A stretch of 64,000 bases of DNA, taken from Halobacteriales archaeon. Its GTDB lineage: Archaea; Halobacteriota; Halobacteria; Halobacteriales; SKSH01. The notes below the pieces were generated by a model. It had not been told where the DNA came from. It was given only the letters and a program-made list of their open reading frames with translations, and did not search any database. The position numbers were made by a program, and so were the translations under genes. The DNA is taken from the NCBI GenBank assembly GCA_046543335.1, contig JBKGZP010000002.1, positions 27,629 to 91,628 on the forward strand, given 5' to 3'. Positions 16,795-24,890 of the stretch are shown here, piece after piece (the stretch's first letter is position 1; every line of letters starts with the position of its first letter).

Positions 16795-17130
16795 TCAGGC
16801 GTACTGGGCGATGACGTCGCGCAGCGCGGCCTCGGACTGGTAGCCGACGAGGCGCTGGACGGGTTCGCCCTCGTGGTAGACGAGCAGCGTGGGGATGCCC
16901 CTGACGCCGAACTCGGCGGCGACGTCCTGGCGGCGGTCGACGTCCACCTTGAGGACGCGCGCCGGCGTCGAGTCGGCGACGGCGTCGAGGACGGGCTCCA
17001 TCTGGACGCAGGGGCCGCACCAGTCGGCGTGGAAGTCGACGATGAGCGGGCCCGCCCCGTCGACGTGGTCCTCGATTGACTCGGCGTCGTCGAGGTAGAC
17101 GATGTCGGCGTTGTCGGATCGCGGTGCCAT
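16795..17130 (-). CDS. trxA: thioredoxin
   Basis: Active site WCGPC. Start at MAPRSDNADIVYL (17130), with CTATTAAC about 27 nt upstream. The track ORF extends to 17181. Confidence 0.85.
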   Translation of the reverse strand: MAPRSDNADIVYLDDAESIEDHVDGAGPLIVDFHADWCGPCVQMEPVLDAVADSTPARVLKVDVDRRQDVAAEFGVRGIPTLLVYHEGEPVQRLVGYQSEAALRDVIAQYA

Positions 17131-17206
17131 TGCCTCGGTGTACACGCCGGTGCCGTTAATAGTTTTGGGTATATCGTGCAATACCGGGTTACCCTCGCGT
17201 AATCCC

Positions 17207-18184
17207 TCAGAACAGTGCCAGGCTCGGGTCCACCCGGGCCGGGCCTCCGACCTCCCACACCTCGACGGAACGGAGGTCGAGGTCGCCGATGGCCTCGACG
17301 ACGGCGTCCGCGTGCTCGACGGTGGTGTTGACGTAGACGCTCGCGCCGGTGTCCGTCGAGAAGTACGCCGGGACGTCCCGCTGACGCCTGAGGTCGCGGA
17401 CCGTCTCGAAGACCGCGAGGGTCGTTGGCTGCCAGTAGATCCACCCGCTGGGACCCGTCATCGTCGTCGCCGCGAGCGAGATCGAGTCCGCCTCTGCGCA
17501 CGCGAACGTCCGCTCGAAGTCGCCCGCGGCCAGGCCGGCGCGCACCTCCGCGAGCTGGTGGTGCACGTGGGCCAGGCGCGCTTCGAACATGTGGCTCTTT
17601 GGAGCTTCGGCGTGGGCGTCCTCGGTCTCCTTGTACGACTCCACCACCGCTGCGACGACCCGGAGTTCGTCCTCCAGCGGGGACTCGAGGCGGCGTGCCC
17701 GACACGTCGACTCGTCGTCGCCCCCTGGCAGGAGCGAGAAGCCCCCGGTGACCGACCGAGCCGCCGACGCCGAGCCCAGCCTCGCGAACCCCGAGAGTTC
17801 GCGACGGTCGAGTTCGAGCCCGGCGGCGCCGGCCGTCGCGACCGCCGCGGCGGCCATGCCGGACGAGGACGACCCGAGGCCGACGTTCGTCGGGAAGGAG
17901 CTCTCGCTCTCGAGGTGAACCGCCTCGTCGGGTCGGTCGGCCCGCTCGCGCACGGCGTCCACCACGCGTGACACGCGGTCGGCCGCTCGTCCCTCGAGCT
18001 CGGTCCCGTCGACGACGAAGCGGTCCGACTCCCGGTCGGGCTCGAGCGCGACGGTCGTCACCGTCCGCGAGGGGGCGGTGCAGACGCTGATGCTGTCGTG
18101 GAAGGGGAACCGGCGGCTCGGATCGCGCATCCCGTGGTACTTGACGAGCCCCTGAATGGGGTGGGCCACGGCCGTCGCCTGCAT
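17207..18184 (-). CDS. mvaD: GHMP-kinase-fold mevalonate-pathway decarboxylase (diphospho-/phosphomevalonate decarboxylase family)
   Basis: Starts MQATAVAHPIQGLVKYHGMRD. GHMP motif PTNVGLGSSSSGMAA. GCTTTATGGG lies about 27 nt upstream of 18184. Known haloarchaeal homologs act on phosphomevalonate. Confidence 0.85.
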   Translation of the reverse strand: MQATAVAHPIQGLVKYHGMRDPSRRFPFHDSISVCTAPSRTVTTVALEPDRESDRFVVDGTELEGRAADRVSRVVDAVRERADRPDEAVHLESESSFPTNVGLGSSSSGMAAAAVATAGAAGLELDRRELSGFARLGSASAARSVTGGFSLLPGGDDESTCRARRLESPLEDELRVVAAVVESYKETEDAHAEAPKSHMFEARLAHVHHQLAEVRAGLAAGDFERTFACAEADSISLAATTMTGPSGWIYWQPTTLAVFETVRDLRRQRDVPAYFSTDTGASVYVNTTVEHADAVVEAIGDLDLRSVEVWEVGGPARVDPSLALF

Positions 18185-18269
18185 GTTGGTTGGGCCACCC
18201 GTGGTGCCCATAAAGCTGGCCCGGTCCGAGACCGTGGCGTTCATGGCCCCGACCACGCAGGCCCACAGC

Positions 18270-18941
18270 ATGGATCGGCGCGAGTGGGCCGCGGTCGTCA
18301 TCGACCGACTCGAGCGGGAGTACCCGGCGAGCACGATCAGCCTCCGGTTCTCCGACCGTCTCGAGTTGCTCGTCGCCGTGGTGCTCTCCGCGCAGTGCAC
18401 CGACGAGCGGGTCAACGAGGTCACGCCCGACCTGTTCGAGCGCTACCGAAGCGCGGCGGACTACGCCGCGGCCGACGTGGACGAACTCGCCGAGGCGATC
18501 TACGGGATCACCTACCACAACCAGAAGGCCCGCTACCTGCAGGGGATCGGTGCGACCCTCGCGGCGGAGCACGACGGCCGCGTCCCCGACTCGATGGCCG
18601 CGTTGACCGCGCTGCCGGGCGTGGGGCGCAAGACCGCGAACGTCGTCCTCCAACACGGCCACGACGTCGTTGCGGGGATCGTCGTCGACACGCACGTCAT
18701 GCGCCTCGCTCGTCGCCTCGGCCTCACCGAGGCGAGCACGCGCGAGGCGATCGAACGCGACCTCATGTCGGTCGTCCCCGAGGACCGGTGGGTGCAGTTC
18801 ACCCACCTGCTCATCGATCACGGCCGCGCGGTGTGCACCGCCCGGTCGCCGGCATGCGACGCGTGCGTCCTCGAGGACGGCTGCCCGTCCTCGCGCCTGG
18901 ACGACGACTCGATCGACCTGGCCTCGGGCGAGCCCTGGTGA
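18270..18941 (+). CDS. nth: endonuclease III
   Basis: HhH-GPD LPGVGRKTANVVL, catalytic D in VVDTHV, and FeS cluster loop CTARSPACDACVLEDGC. Homology starts at MDRREWAAVV. Confidence 0.9.
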   Translation: MDRREWAAVVIDRLEREYPASTISLRFSDRLELLVAVVLSAQCTDERVNEVTPDLFERYRSAADYAAADVDELAEAIYGITYHNQKARYLQGIGATLAAEHDGRVPDSMAALTALPGVGRKTANVVLQHGHDVVAGIVVDTHVMRLARRLGLTEASTREAIERDLMSVVPEDRWVQFTHLLIDHGRAVCTARSPACDACVLEDGCPSSRLDDDSIDLASGEPW

Positions 18942-18944
18942 CGC

Positions 18945-19430
18945 TCACGAGGGGAGGTGGAACTGGGCGTACAGGAGGAGCCCCACGAGGTACGCGAGCA
19001 CCCACAGGGCGAGGTGCCCGAAGACGCCGAGGCGCAGCCGGCGACGGAACTGGGGCATGCGCTCGTCGAGGTCGGTCAGGTCGACGTCCGGGTCGGGCTC
19101 GTGATACAGGTTGCGGCGTCGCTTGGCGCGGTAGATCGGAACGATCCCCCAGAGGCCGAGGGCGAGGAAGGCGTACGACTGCAGGGCGAGGAACACGTGG
19201 ACGCCGACCACGCTCGTGAAGCGCCCCGTGAGGAGCGAGGGCACCATCCATCCGACCACGGGAAGCGCCGTGAGCGCCAGCGCGAGGCCGATCGATCGGA
19301 GGTGGCGAACGAGCACCCCCCACGTGACCACCTCCACGCGCAGGATGGTCCAGACGCCGTGGAGGTATAGCGGCAGGCTCAGCGTGACGACCGCGAGGGT
19401 GGTCGTCGCCAGGAGCTCCTCCGACACCAT
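18945..19430 (-). CDS. integral membrane protein, unknown function
   Basis: 161 aa from MVSEELLATTTLAVV, about 4 TM segments. GCTTATCGC lies about 27 nt upstream. The rest of track ORF 18945..20117 is spurious. Confidence 0.6.
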   Translation of the reverse strand: MVSEELLATTTLAVVTLSLPLYLHGVWTILRVEVVTWGVLVRHLRSIGLALALTALPVVGWMVPSLLTGRFTSVVGVHVFLALQSYAFLALGLWGIVPIYRAKRRRNLYHEPDPDVDLTDLDERMPQFRRRLRLGVFGHLALWVLAYLVGLLLYAQFHLPS

Positions 19431-19518
19431 CGCCCGCCGCTGCGGCCCACGACGCGATAAGCACCCCGGCCGGGCGCCGGTCAAAAGGTGTTTGCCCGGC
19501 CACCGCGAAGCGTCGACC

Positions 19519-20262
19519 ATGGGCGAAGAGGACGCCGCAGAGGAGCCCACGGCCGAGGCGGCCGCCGAGCGGTTCGACTTCGACGACTTCGGGCCGGCGG
19601 CGTTCGAGGAGATGTCGCCGGAGGAGTGGTCGGCGGCCTTCGACGCCGAGGCGTGGGTGACCGGCGAGGCGCTCCTCGACCGCGTCGAGGTGGAACTCCG
19701 CCACCGCGTCCACGACCGGGAGGTCTTCGCCGTCGTCGAGCGCATCCGCTCGGACGGCGAGCCGTGCGTGCTGGCGTACTCCGATGAGGGGTACGCCCTG
19801 GTCCGCCCCGACGGGACGGTCGAGGGCTTCGGCACCGTCCTTCGCGACGTCAAGCCCACCGTGGCGCTGTGTTCGATGCCCGAGTACGAGCCAGCCTCGG
19901 GGCTCGACGACCCCGTCGGGCTTCCGGACCCGGCTGCGGTCGAGACCGCCCGGACCGACCTCGGGAACGTGGTGATCCAGGTGGTGGCCCTCGCGTTCGG
20001 CATCGGTGGTCTCGTCCTGCTCGGCGCCTGGATCCTGTTCGACGCCACGCTGGCCGCGGCCGTCGTCGGCGTCGGCTTCCTCGTCGGCGCGGCGATCCTC
20101 GCCTTCCTCGTCGCCAACGCCCGCCTCTCCTCGCGCTACCGGGCGGAGGACTACCGAGGGCGCCTCCGGTCGGTCGGGCTCGGCTCCGGCGAGCGACCCG
20201 CGTTCGTGCCCGAGGACGAGGGCGCGGAGGGCCGCGGCGAACCCGACGACGGTAGCGCGTAG
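19519..20262 (+). CDS. acidic protein with C-terminal double TM anchor, unknown function
   Basis: 247 aa from MGEEDAAEEPTAE, with an acidic soluble N-domain followed by NVVIQVVALAFGIGGLVLLGAWILFDATLAAAVVGVGFLVGAAILAFLV. Confidence 0.65.
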   Translation: MGEEDAAEEPTAEAAAERFDFDDFGPAAFEEMSPEEWSAAFDAEAWVTGEALLDRVEVELRHRVHDREVFAVVERIRSDGEPCVLAYSDEGYALVRPDGTVEGFGTVLRDVKPTVALCSMPEYEPASGLDDPVGLPDPAAVETARTDLGNVVIQVVALAFGIGGLVLLGAWILFDATLAAAVVGVGFLVGAAILAFLVANARLSSRYRAEDYRGRLRSVGLGSGERPAFVPEDEGAEGRGEPDDGSA

Positions 20263-20312
20263 GCCGGTCCATTCGGTGGGTTTAAGCGACCGGGTGGCAC
20301 AGCCTCCCGTGT

Positions 20313-20921
20313 ATGAGGCGCCGGGAGTTCCTGCTGGGGACCGTCGGGGCAGGCGGAGCCGCGATGGCCGCCAGCGGGTCGTCGGTCGGCCGACCCACGG
20401 AGGGGCCCGGCCTCGTCGACGGCGGGCGGTTGCACCAGGAGGACGACGGCGAGGTGGTCGAGGTCGAGCTCGTGGACTTCGCGTTCGAGCCCGGGACCGA
20501 CTCACCCCTCGAGATCGAACCGGACACGACCGTCCGGTTCATCTGGATCACCGACACCCACAACATCGTCGTCGACAGCCAGCCCGACGACGCGGACTGG
20601 GAGGGCCAAGCGGAGATCGAGAACGCCGGCTTCGAGTACGAGTTCACGTTCGAGGTGGAGGGGACGTACGAGTTCTACTGCGAGCCCCACCGACAACAGG
20701 GGATGGAGGGCGAGATCGTCGTCGGGGAGACGGACGACGACGCTGGACCGCTCCCACCGGCGGAGCGGGAGATCGACCCGGAGCACATCGGCGTCCCGCT
20801 CCAGAAGCACTTCATCGGCGTCGGGACGTTCTTCGGCATCTTCCTCACGCTGGTGTTCGTCTTCTACGTCCTGAAATACGGCGAGTCGGCCAACACCGGC
20901 AGTCCCAACAGGAGGCGCTAA
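20313..20921 (+). CDS. halocyanin (type-1 blue copper protein) with Tat signal and C-terminal TM anchor
   Basis: Twin-arginine MRRREFLLGTVGAG. Copper ligands H (TDTHNIV) and C..H....M (FYCEPHRQQGMEG). C-terminal TM GVGTFFGIFLTLVFVFYVL. GGTTTAAGCG lies about 30 nt upstream. Confidence 0.85.
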   Translation: MRRREFLLGTVGAGGAAMAASGSSVGRPTEGPGLVDGGRLHQEDDGEVVEVELVDFAFEPGTDSPLEIEPDTTVRFIWITDTHNIVVDSQPDDADWEGQAEIENAGFEYEFTFEVEGTYEFYCEPHRQQGMEGEIVVGETDDDAGPLPPAEREIDPEHIGVPLQKHFIGVGTFFGIFLTLVFVFYVLKYGESANTGSPNRRR

Positions 20922-20922
20922 C

Positions 20923-21309
20923 ATGGCCACGGCAGGAAACCCGTACGGCGACATCCACCGGTACGAGCCCGCGCGCGAGAGCACCGCAGCCGCGATCGCG
21001 ATCGTCCTGTTGAGCCTCGTCGAGGTGGTGCTGATCGGGCTGTTCACCTACGGTATGGTCGAGGGCTGGGGCCTGACGGAGGAGGGCAACATGTTCCTCG
21101 GGTTCCTCCTCGGGATGATCTTCGTCGACCTCGCGTTCATCCTCGCGCTGTACCGCAAGGAGTTCCTCCCCGACGTGATGATCGTCAAGAAGCGTCGTCG
21201 CAAGTGGGAGGACCTCTACACGCGCTCGGAGGACGTCGAGGGCCACCGGCTGCGCGACGACCTCTGGGAGCTCACCAAGCAAGCGGTCTACCCCTACTAC
21301 AGACGCTAA
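20923..21309 (+). CDS. membrane protein of the bc-type operon, unknown function
   Basis: 128 aa with 2 TM segments. It starts 1 nt after the halocyanin stop and ends 2 nt before the Rieske start. Confidence 0.7.
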   Translation: MATAGNPYGDIHRYEPARESTAAAIAIVLLSLVEVVLIGLFTYGMVEGWGLTEEGNMFLGFLLGMIFVDLAFILALYRKEFLPDVMIVKKRRRKWEDLYTRSEDVEGHRLRDDLWELTKQAVYPYYRR

Positions 21310-21311
21310 CC

Positions 21312-22163
21312 ATGAGCGACAACCTTCCAGACAAGTATCCCGACGACTCCTCCCGACGGCGGTTCGTCCGCGGCGTGGTCGGTGCGTCGGCGCTAGCCGG
21401 CCTCTCGACGGCCTCGATGCCGATCGTCGAGTCACTGACGAGCGAACCGGGCGCCGGCGGCGGTCCGACCGTCTACCGGGGCGCCGAGAACATCGGTGGT
21501 CCAGCCCCGCGCGGTCTCCCGCAGGTCCCCGTCGAGGTCGACTCCGAGGGCTTCGTCCGGGGGATCTGGCCGGAGGTGGAGATGGTCGAGCAAGACGGCG
21601 TCGAGGTGCCCGTTGCCACCATGGAGATCGCGGGCCAGACGTACACCTCACGGTGGTACCAGTACTGTGGCGTCCAGTCGGCACCGGGCCTGGCGCCCGA
21701 CGCCGACTTGGACAACTACCTCCGGTACTCGGCCTCGTCCAACTACGAGTGGCAAAACGAGCAGACCGAGGGGGGCCAGCGCGTCAATGTCATCGACTTC
21801 GATGACTACGAGGACTGGGCCCACCCGATCGGTTCGGGTGGTCTGGGCAAGGGGGCGCAGACGAACTGGCGCTCGGAGGGCGAAAGCGGTGGCGACGTGT
21901 TGCCCGTCCAGGTCATCCGCAGTCCCCTCGTCGAGGAGATGGCCCAGGAGGACGAGTGGCTCGATGCCACCACCGACCAGGGGTTCATCGCCTTCCTCAA
22001 CAAGTGCACGCACTTTTGCTGCGTGCCGGGTTGGAAGACCTACCGGGACTCCCTGCAGTATCAGGCCGAGGACCTGATCTACTGCCAGTGCCACCAGTCC
22101 ATCTTCGACCCGTTCAGCATCGTGAACCAGACGTTCCTCGCGTTCCCGCGGCCGGAGGACTGA
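21312..22163 (+). CDS. petA: Rieske [2Fe-2S] protein (Tat signal)
   Basis: SRRRFVRGVVGASALAG, and cluster boxes CTHFCC and CQCHQS. At 283 aa it is longer than typical Rieske subunits. Confidence 0.85.
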   Translation: MSDNLPDKYPDDSSRRRFVRGVVGASALAGLSTASMPIVESLTSEPGAGGGPTVYRGAENIGGPAPRGLPQVPVEVDSEGFVRGIWPEVEMVEQDGVEVPVATMEIAGQTYTSRWYQYCGVQSAPGLAPDADLDNYLRYSASSNYEWQNEQTEGGQRVNVIDFDDYEDWAHPIGSGGLGKGAQTNWRSEGESGGDVLPVQVIRSPLVEEMAQEDEWLDATTDQGFIAFLNKCTHFCCVPGWKTYRDSLQYQAEDLIYCQCHQSIFDPFSIVNQTFLAFPRPED

Positions 22164-22169
22164 TCGCGC

Positions 22170-22967
22170 GTGAGCAGCATCAGGCCGGATGAGGAGTTCG
22201 ACCGGGCCGAGTGGCTGCGGGAGCAGGACCTCACCTACCTCGAGCAGGTCTACCTCAAGCTGCTCATCTGGCTCGACACCCGCTTTCGCATCGTGGACTA
22301 CCTCGAGTCGTTGGAGGACATCTACTACAAGATGAACCTCCAGATGCCCAAGAGCCACACCGAGCAGTACAATCTGGACAACAAGTTCTGGTACTGGTAC
22401 CCGCTGTACTCCCTCGGCTCGTTGACCATCGTGGCCTACCTGGTCGCGGCGATCTCCGGGGCGCTGCTCGGCTTCTACTACGCCCCCTCGACGGTCGGCG
22501 AGACGGCGAACGCGTACGAGCAGATGGTCTTCATCATGGGCGACCTGAACTTCGGCTTCATGCTTCGCAACATCCACCGGTGGGCAGCGCAGTTCATGGT
22601 CGCGGCGGCGTTCTTGCACATGCTGCGCGTCTACTTCACCGGTGCGTACAAGGAGCCCCGCGAGCTCAACTGGCTCATCGGGGTCGTCCTCCTCCTGTTG
22701 ACGATCGGCTTCGGCTACACCGGCTACCTCCTGCCGTGGAACCAGCTGTCGCTGTGGGCCGGCCAGATCGGCGTCCAGATGGCGATCGTGACGCCGCTCA
22801 TCGGCGAGTGGGTCGCCCAGCTCATCTTCGGCGGCATCGAGATCGGTCAGCCGACGCTCATGCGGATGTACATCCTGCACGTGTTCTTCCTGCCGTTCGT
22901 GGTGACGACGCTGATCGCCATCCACGTCGGCATCGTCTGGATGCAGGGGATCGCCGAACCACACTGA
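22170..22967 (+). CDS. petB: cytochrome b (b6-like N-terminal subunit)
   Basis: Heme-ligand helices RNIHRWAAQFMVAAAFLHMLRVYF and YILHVFFLPFVVTTLIAIHV, plus LPWNQLSLWAG. GTG start. Confidence 0.9.
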   Translation: MSSIRPDEEFDRAEWLREQDLTYLEQVYLKLLIWLDTRFRIVDYLESLEDIYYKMNLQMPKSHTEQYNLDNKFWYWYPLYSLGSLTIVAYLVAAISGALLGFYYAPSTVGETANAYEQMVFIMGDLNFGFMLRNIHRWAAQFMVAAAFLHMLRVYFTGAYKEPRELNWLIGVVLLLLTIGFGYTGYLLPWNQLSLWAGQIGVQMAIVTPLIGEWVAQLIFGGIEIGQPTLMRMYILHVFFLPFVVTTLIAIHVGIVWMQGIAEPH

Positions 22968-22973
22968 TCGACC

Positions 22974-23744
22974 ATGACCGACGACACCACCACGCGGGCG
23001 GACGGATCGGGCGAGCTGGTCTCGCCGGACGACAAGACGCCGACCTGGCGCGAGCGCAAGGAACGAAAGGCTGGCCTCGCGCGTGTCACCTACGAGTACT
23101 TCGAGCGTGGCCGCCTCGAGGACCAGCGCCTCCGGCAGGACTCGGACTACATCGAGCGCGACGTCCTCGGCTTCCCGACGTGGCCCCACGAGACGATCCG
23201 CAACCTCTCCATCGCGTCGTTCTTCGTTGGGATCATCTTCCTCCTCTCGGCGACGCTGCCCCCGGAGTTCGGCCCGGAGGCGGACCCGAGCGTCACCCCG
23301 GAAGTCATCCTGCCCGACTGGTACCTGTATCCGGCGTTCGGCCTGCTGCAGCTCGAGCCAATCAACCCCGAGCTGGCGCTCCTCGGTGGTCAGAAGCTCA
23401 TGACGGACCAGCTGTACGGAGTCCTCGCGACCGGCGTGGTCGTCGGCGTGTTGTTCGTCTACCCGTTCGTCAACAAGGGGTCGGCCCGCCGCCCCGTCGA
23501 GGAGCCGTTCTGGGCGGCGGTCGGGATGGTCGGCCTCACGTTCGGCTTCACGGTGAGCGTGCTGTCGATCGACCAGATCGTGTCCTCTCGCGTGCCGGGG
23601 ATGACCGCCCCGCTGGTCTTCGACCTCTCCCTTTTCGTCCCGGTGGTCGTCGGGCTGATCACGTACGCCGCGCTCCGCGCCATGCGCGAGGGCTACATGT
23701 ACGAGCTCAACCGCCGGTACTACCGGCTCAGGCCGCCGCGGTAG
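22974..23744 (+). CDS. petD: cytochrome b C-terminal / subunit-IV-like protein
   Basis: PEWY-like motif PDWYLYPAFGLL and 3-4 TM segments. It follows petB after 6 nt. Confidence 0.8.
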   Translation: MTDDTTTRADGSGELVSPDDKTPTWRERKERKAGLARVTYEYFERGRLEDQRLRQDSDYIERDVLGFPTWPHETIRNLSIASFFVGIIFLLSATLPPEFGPEADPSVTPEVILPDWYLYPAFGLLQLEPINPELALLGGQKLMTDQLYGVLATGVVVGVLFVYPFVNKGSARRPVEEPFWAAVGMVGLTFGFTVSVLSIDQIVSSRVPGMTAPLVFDLSLFVPVVVGLITYAALRAMREGYMYELNRRYYRLRPPR

Positions 23745-23748
23745 GTCG

Positions 23749-24033
23749 ATGGCCGACCGCCGACAGGTCCCCGTCCCGCTGGCAATGTACAAACTGGTGA
23801 CCGTCGTCACGACCGGGGCCGCGGTGCTGGCCGTCGTCGGCGGCTTGTACCTCATCGACCAGGGGACCGACCGCGCCCGGGCGGCCCCGTCGGAGGTTGA
23901 CCCGGTCGTGACGGCGGCCGGGGTGGGCCTCATCGTCCTCGCCGCGGCGACGTACGCGTTCTCGACCCGGTTCACCCCCGGGGAAAGAGGAAACGATAAA
24001 GGGCCCACGACCGAACCCGCCGACGATGGCTGA
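23749..24033 (+). CDS. small membrane protein of the bc-type operon
   Basis: 94 aa with 2 TM segments. Starts 4 nt after petD. Confidence 0.6.
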   Translation: MADRRQVPVPLAMYKLVTVVTTGAAVLAVVGGLYLIDQGTDRARAAPSEVDPVVTAAGVGLIVLAAATYAFSTRFTPGERGNDKGPTTEPADDG

Positions 24034-24295
24034 CGAATTCATCAAGGGCCTCGGCATCGCCTGCGGTGCCGGGCTCGTCTGGCTCGTCCTCGCCGGGTGG
24101 TTCCGGACGCCCTCGTTCGAGGACGAGCAGCTGTTCGGCGACGGGCCGGAGGATCCCGACCTCCTCGTCGAGCTCGCGCTGCTCCTGGCGGACCTCATGT
24201 TCTGGCTGGCCATCATCGGGGCCCTCACGTTCTGGGTCGTCCTGCCCCTCTCGCGGGAGCTGTACGCCTACCTGCAAGAGCGCCAGGCGGAGTAG
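24026..24295 (+). CDS. small membrane protein of the bc-type operon
   Basis: 89 aa with 2 TM segments. Has an 8-nt overlap (ATGGCTGA) with the previous gene. Confidence 0.6.
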   Translation: MADEFIKGLGIACGAGLVWLVLAGWFRTPSFEDEQLFGDGPEDPDLLVELALLLADLMFWLAIIGALTFWVVLPLSRELYAYLQERQAE

Positions 24296-24373
24296 CGACC
24301 GCGGACCGTCGCGCTCGCGAGGTTGCGACCGGACCGACACCGACGTCGTCGAGCCGGTGAGCCCCCGGTCCAA

Positions 24374-24385
24374 AACGCCGGCGTT
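24374..24385. terminator. perfect 12-bp palindrome between convergent genes
   Basis: AACGCCGGCGTT is preceded by AAAA on the plus strand, so a U-run follows the hairpin on the minus strand, after the stop at 24410. Confidence 0.3.
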
Positions 24386-24409
24386 CGGTGACGAACCGTG
24401 CGGATCCAG

Positions 24410-24844
24410 CTACGCGAAGACCAGCCGCCACACCGGCTCGATCACGAAGAAGACCGAGAGGTAGAAGGCGTACAGGAAGACGAGGACCGAGGCGGCGATG
24501 GCCGCCTTCGGGGTGTCGAGCTCGCGGTCGTTGCGAAGCTCGACCTCGCGGGACTCGAACTCGAAGAGGTCGACGATCACGAGGCCGAGCACGAGCGTCG
24601 TGAGGACCACACCCCCGTGGTAGTGCAGGGAGAAGTAGTACAGCGATGCCAGGAGTAGCCCGACGTTCGTCGCCACGTGGGCCGGATGGCGCGTCAGCGC
24701 CTCGGCGCCGGCCTCGAACTGCCGTCGGTGGTGGCGGTGCTGGAGGTGGCGGGTCACCAGGTTGGCCACGACCAGGGCCAAGACGATGTACTCGATGACC
24801 GGAGCCAGGAGGTCGATCGGCCCCAGCATGCTCGACGGCTCCAT
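24410..24844 (-). CDS. integral membrane protein, unknown function
   Basis: 144 aa with 4 TM segments and a His/Arg-rich loop HLQHRHHRRQFE. ACTAAAG lies about 27 nt upstream. Confidence 0.6.
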   Translation of the reverse strand: MEPSSMLGPIDLLAPVIEYIVLALVVANLVTRHLQHRHHRRQFEAGAEALTRHPAHVATNVGLLLASLYYFSLHYHGGVVLTTLVLGLVIVDLFEFESREVELRNDRELDTPKAAIAASVLVFLYAFYLSVFFVIEPVWRLVFA

Positions 24845-24890
24845 GTGGGTATCACCGATTGACGCGCTTTAGTGCTTTTCCAATTGGGGG

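Noticed and set aside
16686-18821. Upstream 712 codons of track ORF 16065..18821
   Set aside because: Only the last 206 codons (the UDG-like protein) look like a real protein. The rest runs through trxA, mvaD and nth in wrong frames or strands.
21648-24008. 786-aa minus-strand ORF spanning the Rieske/cytochrome b genes
   Set aside because: It is antisense to four motif-supported genes. The product is Arg/Asp/Val/Gly/Pro-rich with no motif. This is a typical shadow ORF of high-GC DNA.
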